The notes under the pieces were generated by a model. The model did no database searches. It saw nothing but the letters and a program-made list of their open reading frames with translations, and had not been told where the DNA came from. Shown here one piece after another: positions 1-7,746 of a DNA stretch of 24,668 nucleotides. Within the stretch, counting starts at the first letter, position 1. Every line of letters starts with the position of its first letter. The stretch is taken from positions 1 to 24,668 of the IMG/VR virus record IMGVR_UViG_2563366840_000014; one strand, 5' to 3'. The translations under genes were made by a program, and so were the position numbers. Source of the DNA: a virus (lineage: Duplodnaviria > Heunggongvirae > Uroviricota > Caudoviricetes).

Positions 1-708
1 ATGTGGGTCAATAAGTATATTGACGATTGCACTGATGAGGATTTAAACGATCGTGACTTTATTGCATCAGTTGTTGACCGGGCTATTTTTCATTTCGCGA
101 TTAATAGTATATGTAATCTTGGGGATAATAAAGATGCAATGCCCATTGAACAATGTACTTTTGATGTAGAAACTAAGAATGACCTTCCCTCCACGGTTCA
201 GCTATTTTATGAGGAATCTAAGGATAATGAACCTTTAGCGAATATACATTTTCAAGCAATAGGTTCTGGTTTTTTAACGTTTGTTAATGCCTGCCAGGAA
301 CATGATGACAACAGCTTAAAATTATTTGCTTCGCTGTTAATTTCACTTTCATATTCTAGTGCCTACGCAGATTTATCAGAAACAGTGTATATTAATGAAA
401 ATAATGAGAGCTACCTGAAAGCTCAGTTTGAAAAATTATCTCAACGTGATATGAAGAAGTACCTGGGAGAGATGAAGCGTCTGGCTGATGGGGGAGAAAT
501 GAATTTTGATGGCTATCTGGATAAGATGTCACATCTGGTGAATGAAGGAACGCTCGATCCTGATATTTTAAGCAAAATGCGAGATGCTGCACCACAATTA
601 ATTAGCTTCGCGAAGTCGTTTGACCCAACCTCAAAGGAAGAGATTAAAATACTTACAGACACTTCTAAATTAATTTATGATTTGTTCGGGGTTAAATCGG
701 AGAAATAA
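1..708 (+). CDS. yjbM: Hypothetical protein, host flank (235 aa); matches the length and position of the E. coli gene immediately upstream of dusA
   Basis: Full ORF with ATG at 1 and stop at 706-708; AT-rich; followed by a hairpin terminator; lies upstream of a dusA promoter/5' fragment as yjbM does in E. coli K-12 (synteny and length recalled, sequence identity not verified). Confidence 0.55.
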   Translation: MWVNKYIDDCTDEDLNDRDFIASVVDRAIFHFAINSICNLGDNKDAMPIEQCTFDVETKNDLPSTVQLFYEESKDNEPLANIHFQAIGSGFLTFVNACQEHDDNSLKLFASLLISLSYSSAYADLSETVYINENNESYLKAQFEKLSQRDMKKYLGEMKRLADGGEMNFDGYLDKMSHLVNEGTLDPDILSKMRDAAPQLISFAKSFDPTSKEEIKILTDTSKLIYDLFGVKSEK

Positions 709-749
709 TATGTGAAGTTCTTCGATAGTATGGAAGGCATTATATAAAA

Positions 750-778
750 GGACCCAATATTTATTGGGTTCTTTTTTC
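750..778 (+). terminator. Rho-independent terminator after the 1-708 ORF
   Basis: Stem ACCCAAT / ATTGGGT with a TTT loop, followed by a run of six T. Confidence 0.6.
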
Positions 779-1070
779 TCTATCAATGCTATTAGCAGGG
801 AGATATATCACCAGAGTTTAATGTGTGATTTTTTATTTATCGTCGAACCTGGATTGTTTATCATTGGCCTTAACAAAGTTAACGGCTAATAAGATTATTT
901 CCATCACTTCGTGAGAGCTTCATGCCTTGAGAGGATCTCAATTTTCTTTTGCAATGAGACAGGCGCTTCCTGTTGTTATGGTATAGTACCCCGCTATTGA
1001 GCCTCCTGAACAGTGATGCTGAATAACATAACCCCATGATATATCGATAAAATAATCTCTACATTTGAAA

Positions 1071-1193
1071 ATGCACGGTAATTCTGAAATGCAAAAAATC
1101 AACCAAACCAGCGCAATGCCTGAAAAAACTGACGTTCACTGGAGTGGTCGGTTTAGCGTTGCACCAATGCTCGATAGGATGTACCGTTTTTGA
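1071..1193 (+). pseudogene. dusA: Displaced native 5' end of dusA (tRNA-dihydrouridine synthase A): first 35 codons, then an out-of-context tail and stop
   Basis: Translation MHGNSEMQKINQTSAMPEKTDVHWSGRFSVAPMLD matches the DusA N-terminus as I recall it, then reads RMYRF-stop instead of the conserved WTDRHCRYF; the break is at about 1173-1178. Confidence 0.75.
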
Positions 1194-1283
1194 AAAACAA
1201 ATAGTTATATACTTTGTGGGAGCCTATTGGGAACCCGGCGTTTTCATTTCAAGGTGTAATCCATACGCGGCTTAAGAATGAGA

Positions 1284-1289
1284 TATAAT
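1284..1289 (+). promoter_or_regulatory. Candidate -10 hexamer (TATAAT) for the 1319-1855 cargo gene
   Basis: Perfect TATAAT about 30 nt upstream of the ATG; the -35 element at 17-nt spacing is poor, so this is weak. Confidence 0.3.
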
Positions 1290-1318
1290 GCGACTTTTAG
1301 TGTTCCGCTTGAGAGGCC

Positions 1319-1855
1319 ATGATGCTTACCCTGGACGAGATAGGTCAATCAGTACGTAACAATATCCAGTTGATTATTGATCATGTCGGCTTACCTCTTG
1401 CTGTTGGTCCGCTCAGTGATGATGATTACAAGATTCTGTGTGGTGGCTATGGTGAGCTTGAATGGGACTATGCGTTAAGTACCTATGGCAACTCCAGAGA
1501 AAAGTATGAGTTCTGCATAAAACTTGTTCAGCAAGGTCGGGTTCAGGGAATACCATCAGGAGCAGCAATTTGTGTTTATGGGGTTGAAGAAAACATCTTT
1601 CGTATCCATATGATCGAAAGGTTTTCTAGAGAAGATGAATCTCACCCATTGAAAGGGCGCATGGTTTTACTCACTCTTATGAGTGCTTTTATATTTTGTA
1701 AAGCTGTTGAATGTAAAGTTGTCCACATTGTAGAGCCAGTACCAGAACTGGTGCAGTATTACGAGTCTTTTGGTTTCCGCATGGAACAGTGCGGTTATGT
1801 GATGTCGGCAGTCATTGATGAGCTGCAGGATATCTTTCTTAAATTTGCTCAGTAG
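1319..1855 (+). CDS. Hypothetical cargo protein (178 aa), AT-rich; weak GNAT-like C-terminal motif (YYESFGF)
   Basis: ORF with RBS GAGAGG before the ATG; lower GC than the phage backbone; sits between the att junction and xis; no family recognised with confidence. Confidence 0.6.
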   Translation: MMLTLDEIGQSVRNNIQLIIDHVGLPLAVGPLSDDDYKILCGGYGELEWDYALSTYGNSREKYEFCIKLVQQGRVQGIPSGAAICVYGVEENIFRIHMIERFSREDESHPLKGRMVLLTLMSAFIFCKAVECKVVHIVEPVPELVQYYESFGFRMEQCGYVMSAVIDELQDIFLKFAQ

Positions 1856-2051
1856 GTATAGACGAGAAGGGTCTACAAATTGTAGGATACCCGTCCAGAT
1901 TACCTTAAAGGTACATCTATGGCAGTCGTTTTGTGCTTAAACTACTAAGAAACGATGTCACCAATCGACATGATCGATTGGCATAAGTTAGCGAAACAAG
2001 CTAGCTTTAAAGAAAGGGTTAGAGACGCCTTTACTGTCTCGGGAGTTTTCT

Positions 2052-2225
2052 ATGAAAGATCAAAAAGCAACCAAGCCACAGGTTAAGTTCGACACAATGA
2101 AAGCATTCGCAGGTATGGGTGCTGCTGTTGAAGTTCTGATGAAGGCTGCTCCTAATGCGTTCACTCACGCTACTGTCTCTGGTAAAGAGCAGCAGGGTAA
2201 GCTTCGTCGTCGCAAAGCAGCATGA
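2052..2225 (+). CDS. Small hypothetical protein (57 aa), Lys/Ala-rich
   Basis: ATG at 2052 preceded by GGGAG; TGA at 2223-2225; immediately followed by a hairpin terminator; below the ORF-track length cutoff. Confidence 0.4.
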   Translation: MKDQKATKPQVKFDTMKAFAGMGAAVEVLMKAAPNAFTHATVSGKEQQGKLRRRKAA

Positions 2226-2244
2226 TCATAGCTGGTGCTTTTTG

Positions 2245-2272
2245 AAAACCCGCCTTCAGGCGGGTTTTTTCT
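2245..2272. terminator. Bidirectional rho-independent terminator between the convergent small ORF and xis
   Basis: AAAA, then stem CCCGCC / GGCGGG with loop TTCA, then TTTTTT; A-run on one side and T-run on the other. Confidence 0.7.
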
Positions 2273-2554
2273 TTAGTGATGTTCTTTGTCCTTCTGTTTG
2301 ACTGTTCTGACCTGTTCCCACTCGATACGTCCTTCTTCTCGCCTTTTGTCTATGTATTCCGCAAGATCCTGAATATTGATGCAACGTTTTGCTTTTTGTG
2401 ATGTGCCGATGCGATATGTTGGAACGGGCAACTTACAAGCGTTTGCTTTTGCTTCTGCCGTGGCTGGACTCATACCAAAGTACTTTTGGCTAACTGCTGA
2501 GAGTTCAATGTTTGGGGTATTGAATTCAGCCATCAGTAAAAACAAGGTGTTCAT
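2273..2554 (-). CDS. Excisionase-like DNA-binding protein (PrtN/pyocin-activator family, 93 aa)
   Basis: Start at internal Met (MNTLFLLMAEF...) with GGAGA RBS; small basic protein with ...IQDLAEYIDKRR... typical of this family; placement near the prophage end mirrors torI in KplE1. Confidence 0.7.
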   Translation of the reverse strand: MNTLFLLMAEFNTPNIELSAVSQKYFGMSPATAEAKANACKLPVPTYRIGTSQKAKRCINIQDLAEYIDKRREEGRIEWEQVRTVKQKDKEHH

Positions 2555-2590
2555 AATTTTCTCCATCAAAACCGGCTGCACCCGGGAAAA

Positions 2591-3166
2591 TTATAATTCT
2601 GTGCTGGTGGCAGGAATTAATTTCTGCCAGATAGCGGAAACATATTTTGCCTGATGACGGGCATCGGCCAGGGCGTTGTGCCGTTCGCCATCGAAAGGCA
2701 TGTCCATTTTGGGGTCGAATCCGATGGAACGCCCAAGCGTAACGATCGTGCGTACATCGTGGTCATTCCAGTATGCCCACGGGCAGATTTGTCCTGCTCG
2801 CTCATAAGCTCCACGTAAAATTACGTTGTCGAAGGTGGCTCCGTTACCCCAGACTTTTAAATATTTCGTATTGTCTGCGTGCCGGTTAATGAAATGATTT
2901 AGTTCTGAGAGAGCATCGCTGATCGACAAAGTATCATCAATACAGATTGCAGCTCGTGCTTCAGAGCTTTGTTTCAACCACCACAGGATGGTATCGCCGT
3001 CAGGTGTAGCTCCTTGCCCCATAGCACTTCCCAGGCTAACAACCGTATAGAATTCTTGTCCGATGTCTCCGGTTTCTGGAGTGAAGAACACCGCGCCAAT
3101 GGAAACGATCGGTGCATCCTTATTTTTCCCCATCGTCTCAAGGTCGATCATTAAGTTGTTCATCAC
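2591..3166 (-). CDS. DnaQ-like (DEDD) 3'-5' exonuclease
   Basis: N-terminal MIDLETMG... motif and conserved acidic residues; ATGA overlap with the upstream gene. Confidence 0.75.
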   Translation of the reverse strand: MMNNLMIDLETMGKNKDAPIVSIGAVFFTPETGDIGQEFYTVVSLGSAMGQGATPDGDTILWWLKQSSEARAAICIDDTLSISDALSELNHFINRHADNTKYLKVWGNGATFDNVILRGAYERAGQICPWAYWNDHDVRTIVTLGRSIGFDPKMDMPFDGERHNALADARHQAKYVSAIWQKLIPATSTEL

Positions 3167-4122
3167 TTCACCTCCTGCGGCGGTTCCGGTAGCGGCATCC
3201 AGTGGGTTACATTGCGGCTCTGTGTTTCGAAGAGCTCCTCACCATTGCGGACGACATCAAAAAACTCACCGTCCCGATATTGCGCATAAAGAACGAATGC
3301 GCCATCACATAAAATAATTACGTGCTGACCATCATCTGGCATTCGCTCACTACAGCTTATCCAACCATCCGGAGTTACCGGAGAGTTGCCGGGTTCTTTA
3401 ATGTGCAAGCGAGGCTCACCATCTTTTGGCTCAGGCCACTGGCGCTCCATGTTGATCTTCAATTTATCTTCCATAGCAGCGGTAATTTCAGCATCGCTGA
3501 TGCCAGCACGGCGCTGTGCATCCCACAACAGAAACTGCATATCAGCCCACTCGCTAAGATCGTCTGGTTCGGCTGCGGCTTCCAGTGCCTCTTTTGAGAG
3601 ATGTTTCAGCGGGCCAACTGGACCAACACAGCCAAACGTCTTATCTGACCATTCAGCATGGCGCTGCCGGATTAAATTGCGCAATTGAAGCGATGATCCG
3701 TTCTCCTCTGACAACTCTTCATGATTACTTGCAGGTTCGACACCATGAAGCATGGCGGCGCGGCAGGCATTCCAGCCTCTCACCTCTGCAATAGCGGCAA
3801 CAGCATCGACCGCGTACATTTTAAGAGGGTTGGGCATTGGTTTTTCTTCAGGTACTACTGGCACTGGAGGGGCGGCGTATACTTCAATTGTCCCATTATC
3901 AATAGGCCATTCCCCATCCTTGATGTAGTCACTTGTGCCATCGACCTGCTGTTCTGCAATGTGGAAAGCACCTATTGGTTTTGCTTCCAGTGATGCCAGT
4001 GCAATTTTTAATGCGGTAAGCATGTTGTTTTGATCTTCATCGAGTCCGAACGGTATTTCATCCCGTGCTGACTCAATGATGGTAATCGTGTTCTGTAACC
4101 ATTCTTTGGTAAGAGTATTCAT
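3163..4122 (-). CDS. DUF550 (MazG-like dNTP pyrophosphohydrolase) plus DUF551 domain protein
   Basis: 319-aa ORF tightly packed in the operon; domain assignment from recalled phage homologues. Confidence 0.6.
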   Translation of the reverse strand: MNTLTKEWLQNTITIIESARDEIPFGLDEDQNNMLTALKIALASLEAKPIGAFHIAEQQVDGTSDYIKDGEWPIDNGTIEVYAAPPVPVVPEEKPMPNPLKMYAVDAVAAIAEVRGWNACRAAMLHGVEPASNHEELSEENGSSLQLRNLIRQRHAEWSDKTFGCVGPVGPLKHLSKEALEAAAEPDDLSEWADMQFLLWDAQRRAGISDAEITAAMEDKLKINMERQWPEPKDGEPRLHIKEPGNSPVTPDGWISCSERMPDDGQHVIILCDGAFVLYAQYRDGEFFDVVRNGEELFETQSRNVTHWMPLPEPPQEVK

Positions 4123-4124
4123 AA

Positions 4125-4316
4125 CTATTTCACTTTAATCTCAATATTTCGCAGCTTTATGTCTACTGGTAGGTCTGACTTTCCTGTTAACGCTAATGCG
4201 AGATTTTCAGGAGTAATGAGAGCAGTTATTGTTTTCCCTATTGCCAGACGAATAATCATTCGTATCTCGCGATCGTCACATGCTCCCGGTCGAACAATTG
4301 ATATTTGTCCGATCAT
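4125..4316 (-). CDS. Small hypothetical protein (63 aa)
   Basis: Start at internal Met (MIGQISIVRPG...) one nt after the upstream stop; stop 3 nt before the next gene. Confidence 0.4.
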   Translation of the reverse strand: MIGQISIVRPGACDDREIRMIIRLAIGKTITALITPENLALALTGKSDLPVDIKLRNIEIKVK

Positions 4317-4317
4317 C

Positions 4318-4629
4318 TCACTCTCCTTTAGTGCGCAAATGGTTTTTCCAGCGGTTTTGCGCCGCGCTGCCCTTATCTCGGACTCCCTCTCTGGCAATTC
4401 CAGAAAATGAAAACAACACCACACGACGATTGCTAACTCTCAACCACTGGCTGGGATAGCAAAGTCTGTATACACGGGAAATAAGCATCTTTGCTTTACG
4501 GTTTTTCATCTTACTGCGTACCCTTTCTCTCGTCTGTTTTGCGCCACGGTGTGGTTTATATGAGTCCCAGTCTCCCCACGTTGCTTTCTCTGCCGCCTCA
4601 CGCAGTGCCTGATGGTCAATTTTGCTCAC
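4318..4629 (-). CDS. Hypothetical protein (103 aa), occupies the position of yfdT in KplE1
   Basis: GTG start with strong AAGGAGG RBS; GTGA overlap with the upstream gene stop; C-terminal half is low-complexity so the 3' part is uncertain. Confidence 0.5.
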   Translation of the reverse strand: MSKIDHQALREAAEKATWGDWDSYKPHRGAKQTRERVRSKMKNRKAKMLISRVYRLCYPSQWLRVSNRRVVLFSFSGIAREGVRDKGSAAQNRWKNHLRTKGE

Positions 4630-5156
4630 TGGTTGCCTCCTTTTCGAAGCTGGGCGGCGAACAAACGTACACCAGACGCTTCACTGCGTAGAAACTTAAC
4701 GGCATAATCAAAACCACCTCGTTCTGCGTCGTCTGCTCCGTTGTCGAGGTTATCTGCGTACATCTCTACCCCCTGCGCCCGTACTTCAGCCAGGAAAGCA
4801 TCGGTGGTTGGGGTTTCGCTGTGGTGTAGGGCATCGTTGATAATCATTGCAGCAACTCCGGCCTGCCCTGCATCCGTTACCGACACATGCTCAAGAGTTA
4901 CAGCCATTGCATGTTTCAGCCCCGCATTCTCCGCCGCCAGCGCCGAAAACTTCTCGTGTGCCAACTTAACAGCCGCATCAGCCTGCTTAATTGACTCAAT
5001 CGCTTTCTGTTGGTCTTCGGCCAGCGCCGCGCACTTGGCCTCAGCTTCAGCAAATTTACGCACCAGGTACTCAGCGTTTGTTTCGTTCACTTTCAGATCT
5101 CGCGGTACACATTTCCCGCGAAGAAACCCTTCCATTTCGAAAACATTCATGCGCAT
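4626..5156 (-). CDS. Ead/Ea22-like protein
   Basis: 176-aa ORF with an Ala/Glu-rich coiled-coil-like middle and a C-terminus resembling lambda Ea22-like proteins (recalled). Confidence 0.55.
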   Translation of the reverse strand: MRMNVFEMEGFLRGKCVPRDLKVNETNAEYLVRKFAEAEAKCAALAEDQQKAIESIKQADAAVKLAHEKFSALAAENAGLKHAMAVTLEHVSVTDAGQAGVAAMIINDALHHSETPTTDAFLAEVRAQGVEMYADNLDNGADDAERGGFDYAVKFLRSEASGVRLFAAQLRKGGNQ

Positions 5157-5683
5157 TTGCGTAACCCCGATAACTCGTTAAAACGTTCCATAAACATCCC
5201 GTAGGCATGGCCTGGTGACAGTGGAATAACTTTGAACATCTCTGTCGCCGGGATACCTTCCAGTACAGGCCAGAAAGAACCATCATCAAGCCCGAGATCG
5301 CGGCGTTCGGTTGCCAGCATAATGAGATCGGCATATTTCACTGGCGTGCTCATAACAGGAGGTAACCCGTATTTCTCACGGATTACGGCGTCTATTTTTT
5401 CTTCCATCCGTTTATAGTCAGGAAGAAGGCGTTTCAGTGGTGCGGGGATGTCCTGACAATATGCTTCTGTTGCATCATGCATTAACGCTTCAAAAGCAAA
5501 TTCCTGCGGTACCAGCTGGCTGCAAAGCACCGCATGTTGGGCGACGCTGTAGAAGTGTGAAAGATGTCCTGCAAAGCGACAGATATTTGAAAGGGAAACC
5601 GCGATATCGTTAATAACGATGTCGTCTTTATTTATCTTGTCATAATAAAAATGCTTCCCGGAAAAAGTTTTAATAAATGACAT
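5147..5683 (-). CDS. yfdR: HD-domain 5'-deoxynucleotidase (YfdR family, 178 aa)
   Basis: Start at internal Met with GGAG RBS; ...LMHDATEAY... HD-type motifs; length equals E. coli YfdR. Confidence 0.75.
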   Translation of the reverse strand: MSFIKTFSGKHFYYDKINKDDIVINDIAVSLSNICRFAGHLSHFYSVAQHAVLCSQLVPQEFAFEALMHDATEAYCQDIPAPLKRLLPDYKRMEEKIDAVIREKYGLPPVMSTPVKYADLIMLATERRDLGLDDGSFWPVLEGIPATEMFKVIPLSPGHAYGMFMERFNELSGLRKCA

Positions 5684-5776
5684 TTTGTTCTCCACGTATA
5701 TGCACTGCACCGCGCTGAATTCTGGTAAAAGGAAGCCCTCACCATTCGGTGATTATTGAGTTAATTACGTTTCCAT

Positions 5777-5798
5777 AAATGCCCCCGCAGGGGCATTT
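5777..5798. other. Perfect 9-bp hairpin in the yfdQ-yfdR intergenic region
   Basis: AAATGCCCC / GGGGCATTT with loop CGCA; no adjacent T-run on either strand. Confidence 0.5.
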
Positions 5799-5810
5799 GC
5801 AGTAATGAAA

Positions 5811-6635
5811 TCAGGCGGTGAAAGTACCAATAAAGGTTTCTACTTTGCTGTCTTTGAATTTCTCAACAAGCAGATCACGAAATTCGTTAGCCATTTCTTC
5901 CTGCACCGCTTCCAGCTGAATAATGCGCAGAACCAGTACAGGACGATCGCCAGTGATAATGCTGAGGCGTAATTTAAACGGACGTTCTTTCAGACCTTCA
6001 AACGGAACGCATTTAAATTCAAATGCCACTGGCATAATGTCTTTGGTCTTCGCTTCGACAGACTCCATCAGGGAGCGTTTTCCGCTGAAGTCATTGTCTT
6101 CAAAATCAGCGGTCTGGTTCGCTTCAATTGTGATTTTACGGATCGCCGCAGCCGCTTTGGTTGCCTGAATGGCGTCACCATTAGCATCAAAGCCCACAAG
6201 GTAGTCGGCCCAGTCTTCAATCCATTCTGCCAGTGACTTCTGGGAGTTACGCTCGCCATTAACAGACAACAGAGCAGAGAACGGTGCTGTCTTTTTCAGT
6301 TTGAGAGTGGCGGTGTTATCTGCGTGACCTGGTTCATCAATAGTACCCAGGTTAAGCACACTGACGGCTCGCATATTATCGGCATCGATAAAGCAGCGGG
6401 TGCCTTCATCTGCAAGATCTTTAGAATAACGGGTAAAGTCATCGATGCTGGCAGTGGAAAGTGCACCACGGAAACGGAAACGATTTAAATTAAATTTTTC
6501 CAGATCATGAATGCGGAAATTCTCAGGCAATGCCACAGCATCGGCACCAATCTTACTGATAATTTCATTAACACCCTGAGCAGAAATAAGGGCATGGATT
6601 TGATTAATTGCGGTTGAGTCTAAGTTCTGAGACAT
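5811..6635 (-). CDS. yfdQ: YfdQ family protein (DUF2303, 274 aa)
   Basis: Full ORF with GAGGA RBS; length and gene order match KplE1 yfdQ. Confidence 0.75.
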   Translation of the reverse strand: MSQNLDSTAINQIHALISAQGVNEIISKIGADAVALPENFRIHDLEKFNLNRFRFRGALSTASIDDFTRYSKDLADEGTRCFIDADNMRAVSVLNLGTIDEPGHADNTATLKLKKTAPFSALLSVNGERNSQKSLAEWIEDWADYLVGFDANGDAIQATKAAAAIRKITIEANQTADFEDNDFSGKRSLMESVEAKTKDIMPVAFEFKCVPFEGLKERPFKLRLSIITGDRPVLVLRIIQLEAVQEEMANEFRDLLVEKFKDSKVETFIGTFTA

Positions 6636-6700
6636 AATAAGTCCTCACTATATTAAGATATTCAGTGATGAGATAAATAATCAGTTAATTAAGAACGATA

Positions 6701-7063
6701 TTAATGACCTGCTGCGCGGAGTTTTCCGTCAGGTTCACCGGCAAGAGTCAGTAATTGTCCCTGGTCTTCCTGCAGAATAGTCAGGCGACCACCGCGATTG
6801 ACATACATCGGCGTTTCGGTGGTGTCTTCTTCGGAAATTTTCCCGCGGTTAGTCGGGCGAACATATGAGAGTTTGTGTTTGATTTTCACACGGTTCTCAT
6901 CAAATGGTTCGATTTCCAGGTTGAGTGAGACCTTACCTTTGGTTTTCGTGTTCATCACACCGGAAGCGACTTCACTGAGAACTGCGCCGATTTTGGTTTC
7001 AAATACGCCGCCGTCCAGCTCCCCGATAAATTCCTGCACGTTGGTACTGCGTTCGCTAGCCAT
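6701..7063 (-). CDS. yfdP: YfdP-like protein (120 aa)
   Basis: Start at internal Met (MASERSTNVQ...) with GAGGAG RBS; the upstream 106 codons of the listed ORF are GC-rich and Arg/Cys-rich with no RBS. Confidence 0.65.
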   Translation of the reverse strand: MASERSTNVQEFIGELDGGVFETKIGAVLSEVASGVMNTKTKGKVSLNLEIEPFDENRVKIKHKLSYVRPTNRGKISEEDTTETPMYVNRGGRLTILQEDQGQLLTLAGEPDGKLRAAGH

Positions 7064-7111
7064 TTTGCTGCTCCTCATCATATCGACCCTGCAAGGTCGG
7101 TTGGTTTCTCC

Positions 7112-7320
7112 ACAAAACAGAGAAGAACACCTGCGGTGGTAGCCGCCCGGATGGATTGGGTTATGAGCCCGTCGTCCGGTGATGCTCTTCTCTGTTTTGT
7201 AAAAAGAGCGGTACCAGCCGGAAGCAAGTGTACAAACTGGTACCGCGAGGACTACACACAGCATAAAGTTGTGGTGCCGGGTGCCTCCCGGTGCCTGGCG
7301 AAGGTTGCACACCAGGCGGG
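7112..7320. ncRNA. GC-rich cluster of stable hairpins upstream of yfdP (candidate structured RNA or leader)
   Basis: 15-bp perfect stem 7112-7126 / 7186-7200; 10-bp stem 7208-7217 / 7237-7246; shorter stems at 7278-7290 and 7293-7317; overlapping ORFs on both strands look non-coding. Confidence 0.35.
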
Positions 7321-7500
7321 TGGGTATCCACAGAAGGTCGACTGTCAGCCTCAACCTTAACCCGCGTGCGCTGAGCCGCATTCACCACAACGCTAAGGAT
7401 TCTCTCTGGTTGAAAATACTTAGCTGTTATGTGCCTGTCTTTTCACCACTTCAGGCTCGGTGGTATCCTTTTAAGCCCGTATACATAAAAGGAAAATAAA

Positions 7501-7746
7501 ATGACTTTTGATGAAAAAGAACTTGATAATGCAATTAATAAAATCATCGTAACGTCGCTCTTTTCCTGTCTCAGCGACACTCAGCAGAAACAGTTCTACG
7601 AATCGGCTTTCAACATGATCGAGCGTTGTTGTTTCTGCGATGCCGACGAGTTACCTGAAAAAATCAGGAAACAGTTGGCTGATGCTCTTCGAGTGCGACT
7701 TTCTGACCAATTTTCTGAAATGTGCTCTCCGAATTTGGACAAATAG
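7501..7746 (+). CDS. Hypothetical small protein (81 aa), AT-rich, opposite in direction to the early-left operon
   Basis: AGGA RBS 9 nt before the ATG; imperfect hairpin downstream at about 7755-7785; 3' end overlaps the convergent 7664-7939 ORF. Confidence 0.45.
   Translation: MTFDEKELDNAINKIIVTSLFSCLSDTQQKQFYESAFNMIERCCFCDADELPEKIRKQLADALRVRLSDQFSEMCSPNLDK

Noticed and set aside
392-595. 67-aa minus-strand ORF inside the 1-708 gene
   Set aside because: Antisense shadow within a longer ORF that has a terminator; no RBS.
1-1200. A tRNA gene as the integration target at the prophage end
   Set aside because: No tRNA-like cloverleaf or T-loop sequence seen near the boundary; the junction instead falls inside a dusA 5' coding fragment.
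2376-2654. 92-aa plus-strand ORF
   Set aside because: Antisense to the excisionase-like gene and the exonuclease gene end.
6701-7381. Full 226-aa ORF as the yfdP-like gene
   Set aside because: The first 106 codons are GC-rich and Arg/Cys/Pro-rich with no RBS; a GAGGAG RBS precedes the internal Met at 7063, giving the expected 120-aa protein.
7136-7499. Three overlapping ORFs on both strands (7136-7360 plus, 7161-7388 minus, 7269-7499 plus)
   Set aside because: They coincide with the GC-rich hairpin cluster, have Arg/Pro/Gly-rich translations and no ribosome binding sites; more likely structured non-coding DNA.
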